Shown here: positions 26,975 to 35,447 of the stretch, one piece after another | Layout: each line of letters opens with the position of its first letter | How positions within the stretch are numbered: position 1 is the first letter of the stretch | From: a virus | Taxonomy: Duplodnaviria > Caudoviricetes | Length of the DNA: 64,000 nucleotides | IMG/VR virus record: IMGVR_UViG_3300043173_000386 | Span: 7,344 to 71,343 of that record | Direction: 5' to 3' (one strand) | The notes under the pieces: model-generated | Seen by the model: only the letters and a program-made list of their open reading frames with translations | Told to the model about the DNA's origin: nothing | The model's database searches: none | Made by a program: the position numbers and the translations under genes

Positions 26975-27019
26975 TATCCTGTTCTCCTTATCCTGTACCT
27001 GAATAATAGGCCCAAACTG

Positions 27020-27048
27020 TTGCAATTACCACACTTTGAGGCTAAATT
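27020..27048 (+). promoter_or_regulatory. Sigma70-type rightward promoter TTGCAA-N17-TAAATT
   Basis: Exact 17-nt spacer; upstream of the Cro-like gene; same architecture recurs at 34161 and 34772. Confidence 0.6.
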
Positions 27049-27072
27049 TCACGGCTCACTTGGGGTTCAATA

Positions 27073-27318
27073 ATGACAAAAAATAGCGGCCCAATTCGCG
27101 AGCTGGCCGACAATCAACTGATTGACGAGGCGGCCGATTTCCTGCGAGACAATAAGGGGACTCTGACAGCTATTTCCGATGATATCGGCATACCTGTACG
27201 GTTCTTCTATGATCTGGTCGCTGGCCGGGTCAAGAATCCCGGCGTCAGGCCGATTGAGAAAATACTGAGGTACAAGCGCCTGACCGGCGAAGAACTCCAA
27301 TCTGGTCTGCTATCGTGA
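27073..27318 (+). CDS. Cro-like helix-turn-helix regulator
   Basis: LTAISDDIGIPVRFFYDLVAGRVKNPGVRPIEKIL HTH pattern; first gene at the divergence point. Confidence 0.75.
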   Translation: MTKNSGPIRELADNQLIDEAADFLRDNKGTLTAISDDIGIPVRFFYDLVAGRVKNPGVRPIEKILRYKRLTGEELQSGLLS

Positions 27319-27866
27319 TTCGCAAGGTCGTGGATCTGGTGCCGACCGGACTCAAGGCCAAGGCCAAAAAGCTAGGCCGACCAACGGTTGATAGATCCAA
27401 GGGCAAATATCCGTGGTTCAAGTTCTACCCTGCTGATTGGCTCTCGGACTCATCCCTGCAATCCTGCTCGTTTATCAGCAAAGGCCTGTGGATTGACACG
27501 CTGGCTCACATTCACAAGGAAAGCGAAGGCGGCAGCATCACGCGATCGGTGGGCCAGTTCGCCCGCCTCTACAATCTCAGCAACAAGGCATTGATCGAGA
27601 TATTTGACGAGCTGGCCGAGACTGGCACGGCCGAGGTCAAGTACACCCGAGTCCACCCTGAAACCGGTGAGTTTCTTGTGGATAAGCCTGTGGACAAATT
27701 CACCGAGGACGTAATTAAATCGAATTTGTCACAAATGTCACAAACGGGCGATCTTAATTCCTTCGCTAATTCCGTATTTGTCACGCTTTTGTCACGGCGC
27801 ATGAAACGGGATCAGGTCAAGCGGGATAGTGACCGGCTGAGAAAAAGAAAGAGCCGCGACCAATAG
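27315..27866 (+). CDS. Replication initiator/replisome-organizer-like protein (N-terminal domain only)
   Basis: PWFKFYPADWLSD...KGLWID.L N-terminal pattern; ends RRMKRD...RKRKSRDQ; followed by iteron-like repeats. Confidence 0.7.
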   Translation: MIRKVVDLVPTGLKAKAKKLGRPTVDRSKGKYPWFKFYPADWLSDSSLQSCSFISKGLWIDTLAHIHKESEGGSITRSVGQFARLYNLSNKALIEIFDELAETGTAEVKYTRVHPETGEFLVDKPVDKFTEDVIKSNLSQMSQTGDLNSFANSVFVTLLSRRMKRDQVKRDSDRLRKRKSRDQ

Positions 27867-28037
27867 CTGAGAACCGCATACCTACGTCAGAATTAGGGGA
27901 TACCAAGGCAAGGGGTATCTATTCTAAATCGCCTGAGCGGCCTGTGAGGCGGTCTGAGAATCATCCAGCGCAATACCTTTGTCACACTTTGTCCGTAAAT
28001 GTCACAGTGGACTCACGCGCTATTTTTCTTTTGTCAC
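27727..28037 (+). repeat. TGTCAC iteron-like repeats, putative replication origin
   Basis: TGTCAC at 27727, 27736, 27779, 27790, 27980, 28000, 28032, mostly preceded by T- or A-runs. Confidence 0.55.
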
Positions 28038-28129
28038 GGGGTAGAGTCAGAAGTCAGAGGTCAGATATCTCTTTTGAGTTCGCTGGTGCCTGTTAGTAAG
28101 TAGGGCGGCAAGCGGATAGAATCGCGCTC

Positions 28130-28285
28130 ATGGCAGACCGGCTTGGAAGGAATCAGTTCGATAGGTTGGTGAAGAAATTCACGCAGCAAGGGTTCACGCC
28201 GGCACAAGCAAGACAAAGAGCCAGAACAGCCACAGCACCCAAGCTGACACCGCCACCGGGCGTCCGACAACAACCTAATGGCTGA
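28130..28285 (+). CDS. 51-aa basic Pro/Arg-rich protein (not in ORF track)
   Basis: MADRLGRNQFDRLVKKFTQQGFTPAQARQRARTATAPKLTPPPGVRQQPNG; 8-bp overlap with the next gene; TAGTAA-N17-TAGAAT upstream. Confidence 0.5.
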   Translation: MADRLGRNQFDRLVKKFTQQGFTPAQARQRARTATAPKLTPPPGVRQQPNG

Positions 28286-28643
28286 GACAATCAGACTGGT
28301 ACTGGCCGGCAACAGGCTTCTCAGTCGCAACCAACTCGATAAGATGAAATGGCCCGCGCGTCACCGACTGTCGAAGCGGCTCAAGCGCGAAGTGGGTCTG
28401 CTTATCCTTTCGTCCAGGCTGAAAAAATCTCTGTATCCCTTACAGCGCGCGGTCGTCAGCATCACAAGCTACCGCAAGGCACTACTTGACCCCGATAACC
28501 TGACCGCCGGCGCAAAGTCCTACATTGATGCGCTTGTGACCAACGGCCTACTGATTGACGACAAGCCCGAGAACATTAAATTAACCGTCAATCAAGTCCG
28601 TGCCGGCAAATATGAGACTGTGATCGAAGTGCAAACTGAATAG
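28278..28643 (+). CDS. rusA: RusA-like Holliday junction resolvase
   Basis: LDPDNL...KSYIDALV.NGLLIDD acidic triad. Confidence 0.75.
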   Translation: MAETIRLVLAGNRLLSRNQLDKMKWPARHRLSKRLKREVGLLILSSRLKKSLYPLQRAVVSITSYRKALLDPDNLTAGAKSYIDALVTNGLLIDDKPENIKLTVNQVRAGKYETVIEVQTE

Positions 28644-28687
28644 CCCTGTTGTACTCTCAGGCCGGCACGGATCAGGGAAATAACCGC

Positions 28688-29332
28688 ATGGCATCGCTAC
28701 CCGTTGGCTGGCAGAACCCGTACCCGGAATTAACGGATAAACAAGGGCGCTTCGTTGTTCTTGTATCCCTTGATAGCAATGCCTCTCAGGCTGCTCGGGA
28801 CGCCGGCTTTAGTGTGAAGTCTGCCGGAACAACGGCTGCAAAACTGCTAAAGAATGGGCGCGTGGTGGCGAGGATTGAAGAACTCCGGGCCGAACTTCGC
28901 GATCGCCACAGTGCCACGGCCGACAATATCATTGAGAGATACCGCCAAATGGCTATGGGTGATCCTGTATCCCTTGTGGTTGTTGACTCTGAGAGTGGGC
29001 TGTCACGCTTCAAGACACCGGATGAGCTGACCCCTGATGAGCGGGGGATGATAGCTGACGTATCCATACGCACGTACACACACAGGCTCATGGATGGCAG
29101 CGAGGTGCAGCGTCAGCAGTTCAGCTACAAGCTGGTCAATGTGAAGGATAGCCTTGACTCATTAAGTAGAACCTTCGGATTGTTCCGAGACAAGATAGAG
29201 CATGAGCACACACACAAAATAACGCAGCTATTTCAGTTCGTGCAGGATAATCCACAAAATAGCGAAACGGTCGCAATGTTGGACGCCAAGCACAAGGGCG
29301 TGACGATCGAAGGAAAGGCCGACCATGTTTGA
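28688..29332 (+). CDS. terS: Terminase small subunit
   Basis: LTDKQGRFV...NASQAARDAGFSVKSA...AAKLLKN.RV.ARIEEL; VKDSLDSLSRTFGLF. Confidence 0.9.
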   Translation: MASLPVGWQNPYPELTDKQGRFVVLVSLDSNASQAARDAGFSVKSAGTTAAKLLKNGRVVARIEELRAELRDRHSATADNIIERYRQMAMGDPVSLVVVDSESGLSRFKTPDELTPDERGMIADVSIRTYTHRLMDGSEVQRQQFSYKLVNVKDSLDSLSRTFGLFRDKIEHEHTHKITQLFQFVQDNPQNSETVAMLDAKHKGVTIEGKADHV

Positions 29333-29402
29333 GGGTGCAGGGGGCCGGGTACGTGGGGGATGCGGGGTATGGATAGGTCGATGGGTGGTCGGGGCGGGCG
29401 GG
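29333..29402 (+). other. G-tract-rich intergenic segment after terS (possible packaging site / G-quadruplex)
   Basis: Nine runs of at least 3 G in 70 bp, followed by an A/T-rich stretch. Confidence 0.4.
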
Positions 29403-29513
29403 CCTATGCCCGATCTGATCGCGCCGGGCGCAGATGATCTTATATACATCACATAGGAATGAGAGCCCCAAAAAGCCTATTTTTTTATTTTCAAGGATTT
29501 GGAGTTAATTAAG

Positions 29514-29900
29514 ATGAAGGCATTCAAGCTATTTATTATTTCGTTATTTTTATTTTCCGCTTTTTCAGTTCAGGCCACTTACCGGTCTTTCGAGCTTCAC
29601 GCATCGTCAGTTGAGACGCTCACAGGGGCCGACACTGCCGGGGTTGTGCATCGGGATGGTGGGGATATCAGGTGTTATCTTGATGTGACCGCAGCCGGCA
29701 CAGGCGACACCCTGGACGTTGATCTGATTGGTGTTGTGCGTGGTGCGCGCTTCGTCATTGCTTCTTTCACTCAAGTCGCCGGGATCACAACCGAATCCGT
29801 CTTATTTACTCAGGCGCCTAATTTACTGAGTTTGGATTGGACGATTGCGGGCGATGGCGGCGAGACATTTACATTCAGCGTGGTCTGCGCTTCTGACTGA
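29514..29900 (+). CDS. Beta-sandwich decoration/spike-like protein with signal-peptide-like N-terminus
   Basis: MKAFKLFIISLFLFSAFSVQA; YLDVTAAG..DTLDV...FTQV...W...G..ETFTFSV. Confidence 0.6.
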   Translation: MKAFKLFIISLFLFSAFSVQATYRSFELHASSVETLTGADTAGVVHRDGGDIRCYLDVTAAGTGDTLDVDLIGVVRGARFVIASFTQVAGITTESVLFTQAPNLLSLDWTIAGDGGETFTFSVVCASD

Positions 29901-30065
29901 TTTTCTTATTTTAAGGGCTATTTTATCGTGGTTTTCCCTTCCGGTTAATGCGTTGGTTCGCTCGTAAAACATCTGCAGCCGGGAGAGTAGCGGACATATT
30001 CTGCAGCCGTGGTGATCACAAAGAGAGCCACGTTCAAATAGTCTTTTCACAGGGGAGAGTTAATT

Positions 30066-30278
30066 ATGGGACAAGTAACAGTTAAATTTAGCGGTAGTTT
30101 CGGGGATTCCGAGGCTTCTTATTCCGCGGAGGAAGGCGGCCACGCTTACGCTATTTCGCGGGCCTTCTATTTTCTGCTGTCGGGCATGGCGAAAGCCATC
30201 AAGGTCGATCACGACTTGCACAGCCAGAACGTCCATCCAGATCGGTCGGCGTTCGGGACTAAAGCGCCGAAGCAATAA
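30066..30278 (+). CDS. Hypothetical protein
   Basis: GGGGAG RBS; TAATG coupling downstream. Confidence 0.6.
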   Translation: MGQVTVKFSGSFGDSEASYSAEEGGHAYAISRAFYFLLSGMAKAIKVDHDLHSQNVHPDRSAFGTKAPKQ

Positions 30279-30406
30279 TGGCTGGTCGCGGTTACAGGCA
30301 GCGCCAGAAGGCCTATAAGCGAGCTCGCAGGAAGGCCGAGCGCGATCAGCTCTTGGAGTTGGCGCGGCGCAGGGCGCAGCAACGCAGCCTCTCGGAGCCG
30401 CTGTGA
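30278..30406 (+). CDS. 42-aa Arg-rich peptide (not in ORF track)
   Basis: MAGRGYRQRQKAYKRARRKAERDQLLELARRRAQQRSLSEPL; coupled at both ends. Confidence 0.55.
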   Translation: MAGRGYRQRQKAYKRARRKAERDQLLELARRRAQQRSLSEPL

Positions 30407-30672
30407 CAGGCAAGGCAAATAGCCATGACGATGATTATTGGGATCGCTTGAAGAAGCAGTTCCGGACCTGTCAGTACGACCATTCCGGCGCCTATGCCGC
30501 TCAGAACCGCACCAAGAGCTCGGATATGAAGAACTTTGAACGGAACCTCGAAAATACTGAGAGAAACGTGCAGAGCGCCAGTTACCAGCATTTGCGAAAA
30601 AGCGGCTATTTTCACCCGCGGCCTTCGGATCGGTTGCTGCCCTTGACCAGATTAAAGGTAAATACCGGCTGA
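30403..30672 (+). CDS. Hypothetical protein
   Basis: GTGA and TGATG overlaps with neighbours. Confidence 0.5.
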   Translation: MTGKANSHDDDYWDRLKKQFRTCQYDHSGAYAAQNRTKSSDMKNFERNLENTERNVQSASYQHLRKSGYFHPRPSDRLLPLTRLKVNTG

Positions 30673-30764
30673 TGGAGTGGGAATCTATTTTATCCGGTAT
30701 TTTTGCCGTGCTGGCGTTCGCCTGGTTGCTGTGGGTTGTGTTCCGCAAGGACGGTGAGGACTGA
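30672..30764 (+). CDS. 30-aa single-TM peptide (not in ORF track)
   Basis: MEWESILSGIFAVLAFAWLLWVVFRKDGED; TGATG coupling at both ends. Confidence 0.6.
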   Translation: MEWESILSGIFAVLAFAWLLWVVFRKDGED

Positions 30765-31291
30765 TGTTCGTATTTATCGCCAGCGTTCACCACACCGGGA
30801 CGCAGTTCGCTCAGAAGCTATTTGAGGACTTGGGTTACATCGGCACCGATAAAACACCGAAAGAGGCCGGAAATAGCGTTAATTACTTCCATCGCAGTCA
30901 TATTGCGCCGTCAATTCTGACCGAATTAAAAATGTGGCTGGAAATAGGCGTTCCGATTGTCGTGCCAATGCGCCATCCCTGGGCGGTGGTGCAGAGCTGG
31001 CTTGCCCGGAAAAAGGCTCTTAAACAGCTCATGGAACAGTACGAGCTGCTATTTCGGCTGGTCGATACCTACCCGGTGCTGTATTTGCCGCTGGATACGA
31101 TGGACCGCGAGGTTTATCTGCATCATTTACGGCTGGAATGCGATCCCCTGCTGACGACCAACTGGCCGGTAATCGGTTCCGACGCGAAATTAGAGCGCGT
31201 ACCGATTGATGATGAAGGCGCCGCGATTCTGGTCGATCTCATTGACGAGCCGCTGATGCAGCGTTTTTACCCCGGAGCATGGACGCTGTGA
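30764..31291 (+). CDS. Sulfotransferase-fold (P-loop) protein
   Basis: FIASVHHTGTQFAQKLF resembles the 5'-phosphosulfate loop; VPMRHPWAVVQSW resembles the 3'-phosphate-binding motif. Confidence 0.55.
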   Translation: MFVFIASVHHTGTQFAQKLFEDLGYIGTDKTPKEAGNSVNYFHRSHIAPSILTELKMWLEIGVPIVVPMRHPWAVVQSWLARKKALKQLMEQYELLFRLVDTYPVLYLPLDTMDREVYLHHLRLECDPLLTTNWPVIGSDAKLERVPIDDEGAAILVDLIDEPLMQRFYPGAWTL

Positions 31292-31321
31292 TGATCGCGC
31301 CGAACTCGGAGGACGTTCCAC

Positions 31322-32911
31322 ATGGAACATAGTGTCGCTCACGACATTTTCTCGGGTGAGATCCCGATTGACCCGGCGATTGCGCGGGCCACCGATCTCG
31401 CGTCCAAGTACCCGAAAGACGTTGAGCAATGGGATAACCAGCTCTGGCGGCTGCACAATATCTACTTCATCGTGGACAAGCGCGGCGACAAAGTGCGCTT
31501 CACGCCGAATTGGGCGCAGATCGAGCTTCTCGATGAGTTCTGGTATCTGAACATCATTTTGAAGGCCCGCCAGCTCGGATTCACGACCTTTATCGACTTG
31601 CTGTTCCTCGACAACTGCGTGTGGCAGGAAAATAAACGCGCCGGCATCATCTGTCACAACCGCGACGACGCCACCACTATTTTCCGCGATAAGGTCAAAT
31701 ACCCGTTCGACCATCTGCCGGATCAGATCAGATCCAGCATGAACCCCAACACCGACTCGGCCCGCGAGCTCCTGTTCCCGAACAACTCATCCATTCGCGT
31801 CGGCACCAGTTTGCGGTCGGGAACCTTGAATTACTTACATATCTCGGAATACGGAAAGCTCTGCGCGCAAACGCCGCTGAAAGCCAAAGAAGTCAAATCT
31901 GGTGCGCTGAACACGGTTGAGGCCGGGCAGATCATCTGCATCGAATCGACCGCAGAAGGTAGGTCCGGTCATTTTTACGATCTCTGTCAGGACTCGCAGA
32001 AGGACGCTCAGGCGCAAAAGACCCTGACGCCGCTGGATTACAAGTTCCACTTCTTCCCCTGGTGGCGTCACCCGCAGTACGCGCTCGATGGGCCTGACTA
32101 CGCCGATATCGTGATCCCGAAGGAGTTTCTCGAGTATTTCGATGAGATCGAGGACACCATTGGCCGCAAGATCAGTCGCGGCCAACGCCTCTGGTATCTG
32201 AAAAAGGCCAAGATTCAGGGCGAGGAAATGAAGCGCGAATACCCCTCGACGCCCGAGGAAGCCTTCTACGCCTCAATCGCCGGCGCCTACTACAAGAAGC
32301 AGATGGCGGCAATTCGGCTCGAAAAGCGCATCCGGATCGTGCCGTATCTGCCCTCGCACCCGGTCAACACGTTTTGGGACTTCGGGCTAAATGACGAAAA
32401 CTGGATCCTATTTCACCAGCAAGTAGGGCTTGAACACCGCTTCATCAACGCCTACGGCAACTCAGGCGAATATCTGCCGCATTACGTTGGCAAGATGCAG
32501 AGCTTCGGCTACGAGCTGTGGGGCCGCCACTATCTGCCGTGGGACGCCGACGCTCACACCCTGCAAGGCGGCGGCAAGAACAATTACGACATTCTGTGGG
32601 ATCTCGGCCTCAGACAAATGACGGTCGTGGATCGCATTGATGCCGAAGCCGATGGCGTCGAGGCAGTGCGACAGATCCTTTCGTCGTGCTGGTTTGACGA
32701 GGAAAACTGCGGCGGGCTCGTTGACGGACTCGACCATTACCGCAAGGAATGGGACGACCGCCACGGCACTTGGAAAGACACCCCCCTACATGATTGGGCT
32801 TCGCATCCGTGCAAGGCAATGGAGTGCTTCGCCCGCGGCTACCGAAAAGCGGTGCGCCAGGGCGTAGGCAAGAAAAGACGCAGGCGTAGCAACAGCTACA
32901 TGACGATGTAA
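31322..32911 (+). CDS. terL: Terminase large subunit
   Basis: ILKARQLGFTT, RSGTLNYLHISEYG, IESTAEG, HFFPWW, REYP..EEAF, FWDFG, HDWASH. Confidence 0.95.
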   Translation: MEHSVAHDIFSGEIPIDPAIARATDLASKYPKDVEQWDNQLWRLHNIYFIVDKRGDKVRFTPNWAQIELLDEFWYLNIILKARQLGFTTFIDLLFLDNCVWQENKRAGIICHNRDDATTIFRDKVKYPFDHLPDQIRSSMNPNTDSARELLFPNNSSIRVGTSLRSGTLNYLHISEYGKLCAQTPLKAKEVKSGALNTVEAGQIICIESTAEGRSGHFYDLCQDSQKDAQAQKTLTPLDYKFHFFPWWRHPQYALDGPDYADIVIPKEFLEYFDEIEDTIGRKISRGQRLWYLKKAKIQGEEMKREYPSTPEEAFYASIAGAYYKKQMAAIRLEKRIRIVPYLPSHPVNTFWDFGLNDENWILFHQQVGLEHRFINAYGNSGEYLPHYVGKMQSFGYELWGRHYLPWDADAHTLQGGGKNNYDILWDLGLRQMTVVDRIDAEADGVEAVRQILSSCWFDEENCGGLVDGLDHYRKEWDDRHGTWKDTPLHDWASHPCKAMECFARGYRKAVRQGVGKKRRRRSNSYMTM

Positions 32912-32921
32912 GGAGAAAACC

Positions 32922-33065
32922 ATGTCCAGCGATAGAAAACACGCGCCGAAAGGTCGCAAACGATCCGCTCCCAAAACCAAGGGCAAGGGTGTTTCACACA
33001 CGGCGAGAAAAAACGCCCGGCCCGGAGGTAAGCCAGCCCGAACTAACCCTCGCAAACGGGGCTGA
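32922..33065 (+). CDS. 47-aa highly basic (protamine-like) peptide (not in ORF track)
   Basis: MSSDRKHAPKGRKRSAPKTKGKGVSHTARKNARPGGKPARTNPRKRG; strong AAGGAG RBS. Confidence 0.65.
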   Translation: MSSDRKHAPKGRKRSAPKTKGKGVSHTARKNARPGGKPARTNPRKRG

Positions 33066-33067
33066 CA

Positions 33068-33259
33068 ATGGCAGTGCTGGAATCCGCGATTCTCGGGATT
33101 CTGGCAGTGCTGCTTACCGGCGTAGTCGCCGTGAAGTCGATTCACTCGGACATAATGCGTACTATCTGCATGGCCGCGACAATGGCGGCGTTTTGGATAC
33201 TGGTGGTGGTCGCCGGCGAACAAATAATTTCGTGGGTGATTGCCGATATCTTTGGATAG
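33068..33259 (+). CDS. Small two-TM membrane protein
   Basis: Two hydrophobic helices in 63 aa. Confidence 0.65.
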   Translation: MAVLESAILGILAVLLTGVVAVKSIHSDIMRTICMAATMAAFWILVVVAGEQIISWVIADIFG

Positions 33260-33269
33260 GGGAGGATTT

Positions 33270-33581
33270 ATGAGTAACGGAAGTGGAGCAGAACGAGTAA
33301 CCGGCAGTGACGCACCGGAGCGCGCGTCGTCTTTTTTCGACAAAACCGAAAACAACTACCGCAATGTGGAAACTCGCGCGTTTGAGGCCAGAGATCGTAT
33401 CGACCGTCTTTGCGACAGTCTCAACGGCGGCCAACCAAGAGAGGCGGCGCTCAACAAGGGCGAACAAGACCGCCATCCGGCGGCGTTCGATCGCTGCAAT
33501 GCCGCCGAAGCAAATATGTACGCCGCCATGAACGCACTTGAGGAATCAATCGTCAGGCTGGAACAGATCGGCCTTACCTAA
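33270..33581 (+). CDS. Hypothetical coiled-coil protein
   Basis: ATG 33270 after GGGGAGGA. Confidence 0.65.
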   Translation: MSNGSGAERVTGSDAPERASSFFDKTENNYRNVETRAFEARDRIDRLCDSLNGGQPREAALNKGEQDRHPAAFDRCNAAEANMYAAMNALEESIVRLEQIGLT

Positions 33582-33594
33582 CGGAGAAATCAGC

Positions 33595-33936
33595 ATGAAG
33601 TGTAAATTTTGCGAAATGCTCAATCAGCAGCCGGAAACTGCGTGTACCCATTGCGGGCGCATGTTGCCGGCATTGCCGGGTCCAATGACCACCACGGAGT
33701 CAGAGAATGACGAGAACGCCGAGTCACAGGCCGAATCGGGACAGGCCGAAACCACCCAGGAAGGCCAAGAAACACCAGAATCCGGGGTCGAGGCCGGTGC
33801 TGAGTCCGGTGACGGTGGCGGTGAAGCGGTCGCTGCCGAGGGCGAAGCGGAAGGCAATGCGGAACAAGTTACGCCGGAAGATGGACACGTTGACAACGTA
33901 GGCGATGAATCAGAAAAGGAAACGGTTCTTCCCTAA
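33595..33936 (+). CDS. Zinc-ribbon protein with acidic disordered tail
   Basis: CKFC...CTHCG then E/A/G-rich tail; GGAGA RBS. Confidence 0.65.
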   Translation: MKCKFCEMLNQQPETACTHCGRMLPALPGPMTTTESENDENAESQAESGQAETTQEGQETPESGVEAGAESGDGGGEAVAAEGEAEGNAEQVTPEDGHVDNVGDESEKETVLP

Positions 33937-34156
33937 CATCATCGTTAAATCGGTGGTCGAGGAAAAGATCGGCCGCTTTGTGTTGACGATCAATGAAATG
34001 GAGAAGGTCGTCTATGTGCGGCATCACGGTAATGGCCCGAGTCCCGAAGAACGGGCCAATATCGAGAAGTTTTTGCGCTACAAGCGCCCGGATATCGTCA
34101 ATCCGGGCGAAGTAACAGGATGGGGGATTCAGTTCGCGCTCGATCTCCCGATGTAG
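33905..34156 (+). CDS. Hypothetical protein
   Basis: Overlaps the upstream gene; ends at the duplicated promoter. Confidence 0.55.
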   Translation: MNQKRKRFFPNIIVKSVVEEKIGRFVLTINEMEKVVYVRHHGNGPSPEERANIEKFLRYKRPDIVNPGEVTGWGIQFALDLPM

Positions 34157-34204
34157 TTCCGTGCAATAACCGTTTCCCCGGTGTAAATTCGGGCAAAATT
34201 TAGG
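34153..34204 (+). promoter_or_regulatory. Duplicated late promoter element, copy A (GTGCAA-N17-TAAATT)
   Basis: gtagttccGTGCAAt-N-cggtgTAAATTcgggcaaaatttagg; matches copy B except within the spacer and one downstream base. Confidence 0.65.
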
Positions 34205-34212
34205 AGTGTTCA

Positions 34213-34506
34213 GTGGCTATTGCAGGCCTAGCGCGTGACTTTAGGAACCAGCAAAATTTTTCCGGGCCAGTAGCATTGCCCGGTAGTGAAAGAGAACACG
34301 CCCGACAATTACAACTGGTGCAGGCTGGCCTTGGTGTGCAGCCCAATAGAACGCCGAGTGCAGGCCTTCGTGGTCGTTTGAACAACCCCATTCCCGGCAG
34401 TCCCGGCGCCGCTGGTGCAGCAGGCCCGAATCCTTTGTCATTTAACCCACCGCCAACCTTGAAAAAGAAGCGGGCCGGGGCAAACCTTCAATCGTTCCTT
34501 GGGTAA
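34213..34506 (+). CDS. Small Gly/Pro/Ala-rich protein, paralog of 35044-35445
   Basis: Shares GVQPNRTPS.GL..RL..PIPGSPGA and terminal L.SFL. Confidence 0.7.
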   Translation: MAIAGLARDFRNQQNFSGPVALPGSEREHARQLQLVQAGLGVQPNRTPSAGLRGRLNNPIPGSPGAAGAAGPNPLSFNPPPTLKKKRAGANLQSFLG

Positions 34507-34512
34507 TTTTTA

Positions 34513-34767
34513 ATGGCCGTAAACGATCCATTTGATTTCAAATTCCGGGCCGATGATTTCCAAGGGGCGCCGATCAGGGCGACACCTACAGCGGACTTTG
34601 GTTCTCCAATTTCCAGTTTCGGCAGTGATCTATTCAAAAATAAGCCGCCACCCAGGCAAGCGACTCGCGGGCAAAAAAACAGAGCCTTGAGCCAAGTCGC
34701 GCGAGCTTTAGTTGCTGAACGGCGAAAGCGATTACAGGAAAGCACCGCAAGGCGCAGGGTCAGGTAG
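34513..34767 (+). CDS. Small basic protein
   Basis: Arg-rich C-terminus. Confidence 0.65.
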   Translation: MAVNDPFDFKFRADDFQGAPIRATPTADFGSPISSFGSDLFKNKPPPRQATRGQKNRALSQVARALVAERRKRLQESTARRRVR

Positions 34768-34815
34768 TTCCGTGCAATCAATACGATCGCGGTGTAAATT
34801 CGGGCGAAATTTAGG
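34764..34815 (+). promoter_or_regulatory. Duplicated late promoter element, copy B
   Basis: gtagttccGTGCAAtcaatacgatcgcggtgTAAATTcgggcgaaatttagg. Confidence 0.65.
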
Positions 34816-34823
34816 GATCATTC

Positions 34824-35033
34824 ATGGCTGATCAAGAGGAAAATGTTAAACGTATATTGGACAATCCCTTGTTCAGTCTCAGGAACAACGCGCCGCCAGC
34901 CGCCCCGCCGGCCAAACTGACAGCGGCGCAACGCGGCGAACAACGCCGCCGGGCCGCCATCAAGCGCGGTGAGGATCGTCGCAAGGCAGCGATAAAACGC
35001 GGCGAGGAAGGCAGGGCGAAAGCCAACAAATAG
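34824..35033 (+). CDS. Small basic protein with three 11-aa repeats
   Basis: AQRGEQRRRAA / IKRGEDRRKAA / IKRGEEGRAKA. Confidence 0.65.
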   Translation: MADQEENVKRILDNPLFSLRNNAPPAAPPAKLTAAQRGEQRRRAAIKRGEDRRKAAIKRGEEGRAKANK

Positions 35034-35043
35034 GAGCAAGGTA

Positions 35044-35445
35044 ATGGCGGTCACTGCAATACATAGCGATTTTGGCCGGCAAGCGTTTATTAACGCCGCC
35101 GGCGCACAACAAGCGCAGCGCAGACACGAAATACAACTGGCGCAGATCAGAGCAGGCGTTCAGCCTAACCGTACCCCGAGTTCAGGCCTGCTGCAGCGTT
35201 TGGGCGAGCCTATTCCCGGCAGCCCCGGAGCTGGCGGTGGTGGTGGTGGTGACTTTACCCCGTTACCGGCGCCACCTGGCGTTCAGCCTCGTTCCGCCGC
35301 TGGTGGGGGAACACCCGTTGCCGCGCAAGGATCCAGTATCGGTACTAACGCACCGCCCACGGCGGCTGTCGCGGCGCCGGGCCGGGCGCGGACAAATTCT
35401 GCCGCGGGTGCATTACGGTCCTTCCTTGACGCACAGAGAGGCTAA
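35044..35445 (+). CDS. Small Gly/Pro/Ala-rich protein, paralog of 34213-34506
   Basis: AGGAG RBS; shared QPNRTPS/PIPGSPG core. Confidence 0.7.
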   Translation: MAVTAIHSDFGRQAFINAAGAQQAQRRHEIQLAQIRAGVQPNRTPSSGLLQRLGEPIPGSPGAGGGGGGDFTPLPAPPGVQPRSAAGGGTPVAAQGSSIGTNAPPTAAVAAPGRARTNSAAGALRSFLDAQRG

Positions 35446-35447
35446 TC

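Noticed and set aside
29901-30065. Possible tRNA or structured RNA (TCTGCAGCCG twice)
   Set aside because: No cloverleaf, T-loop or CCA; only a 10-bp direct repeat and short weak stems.
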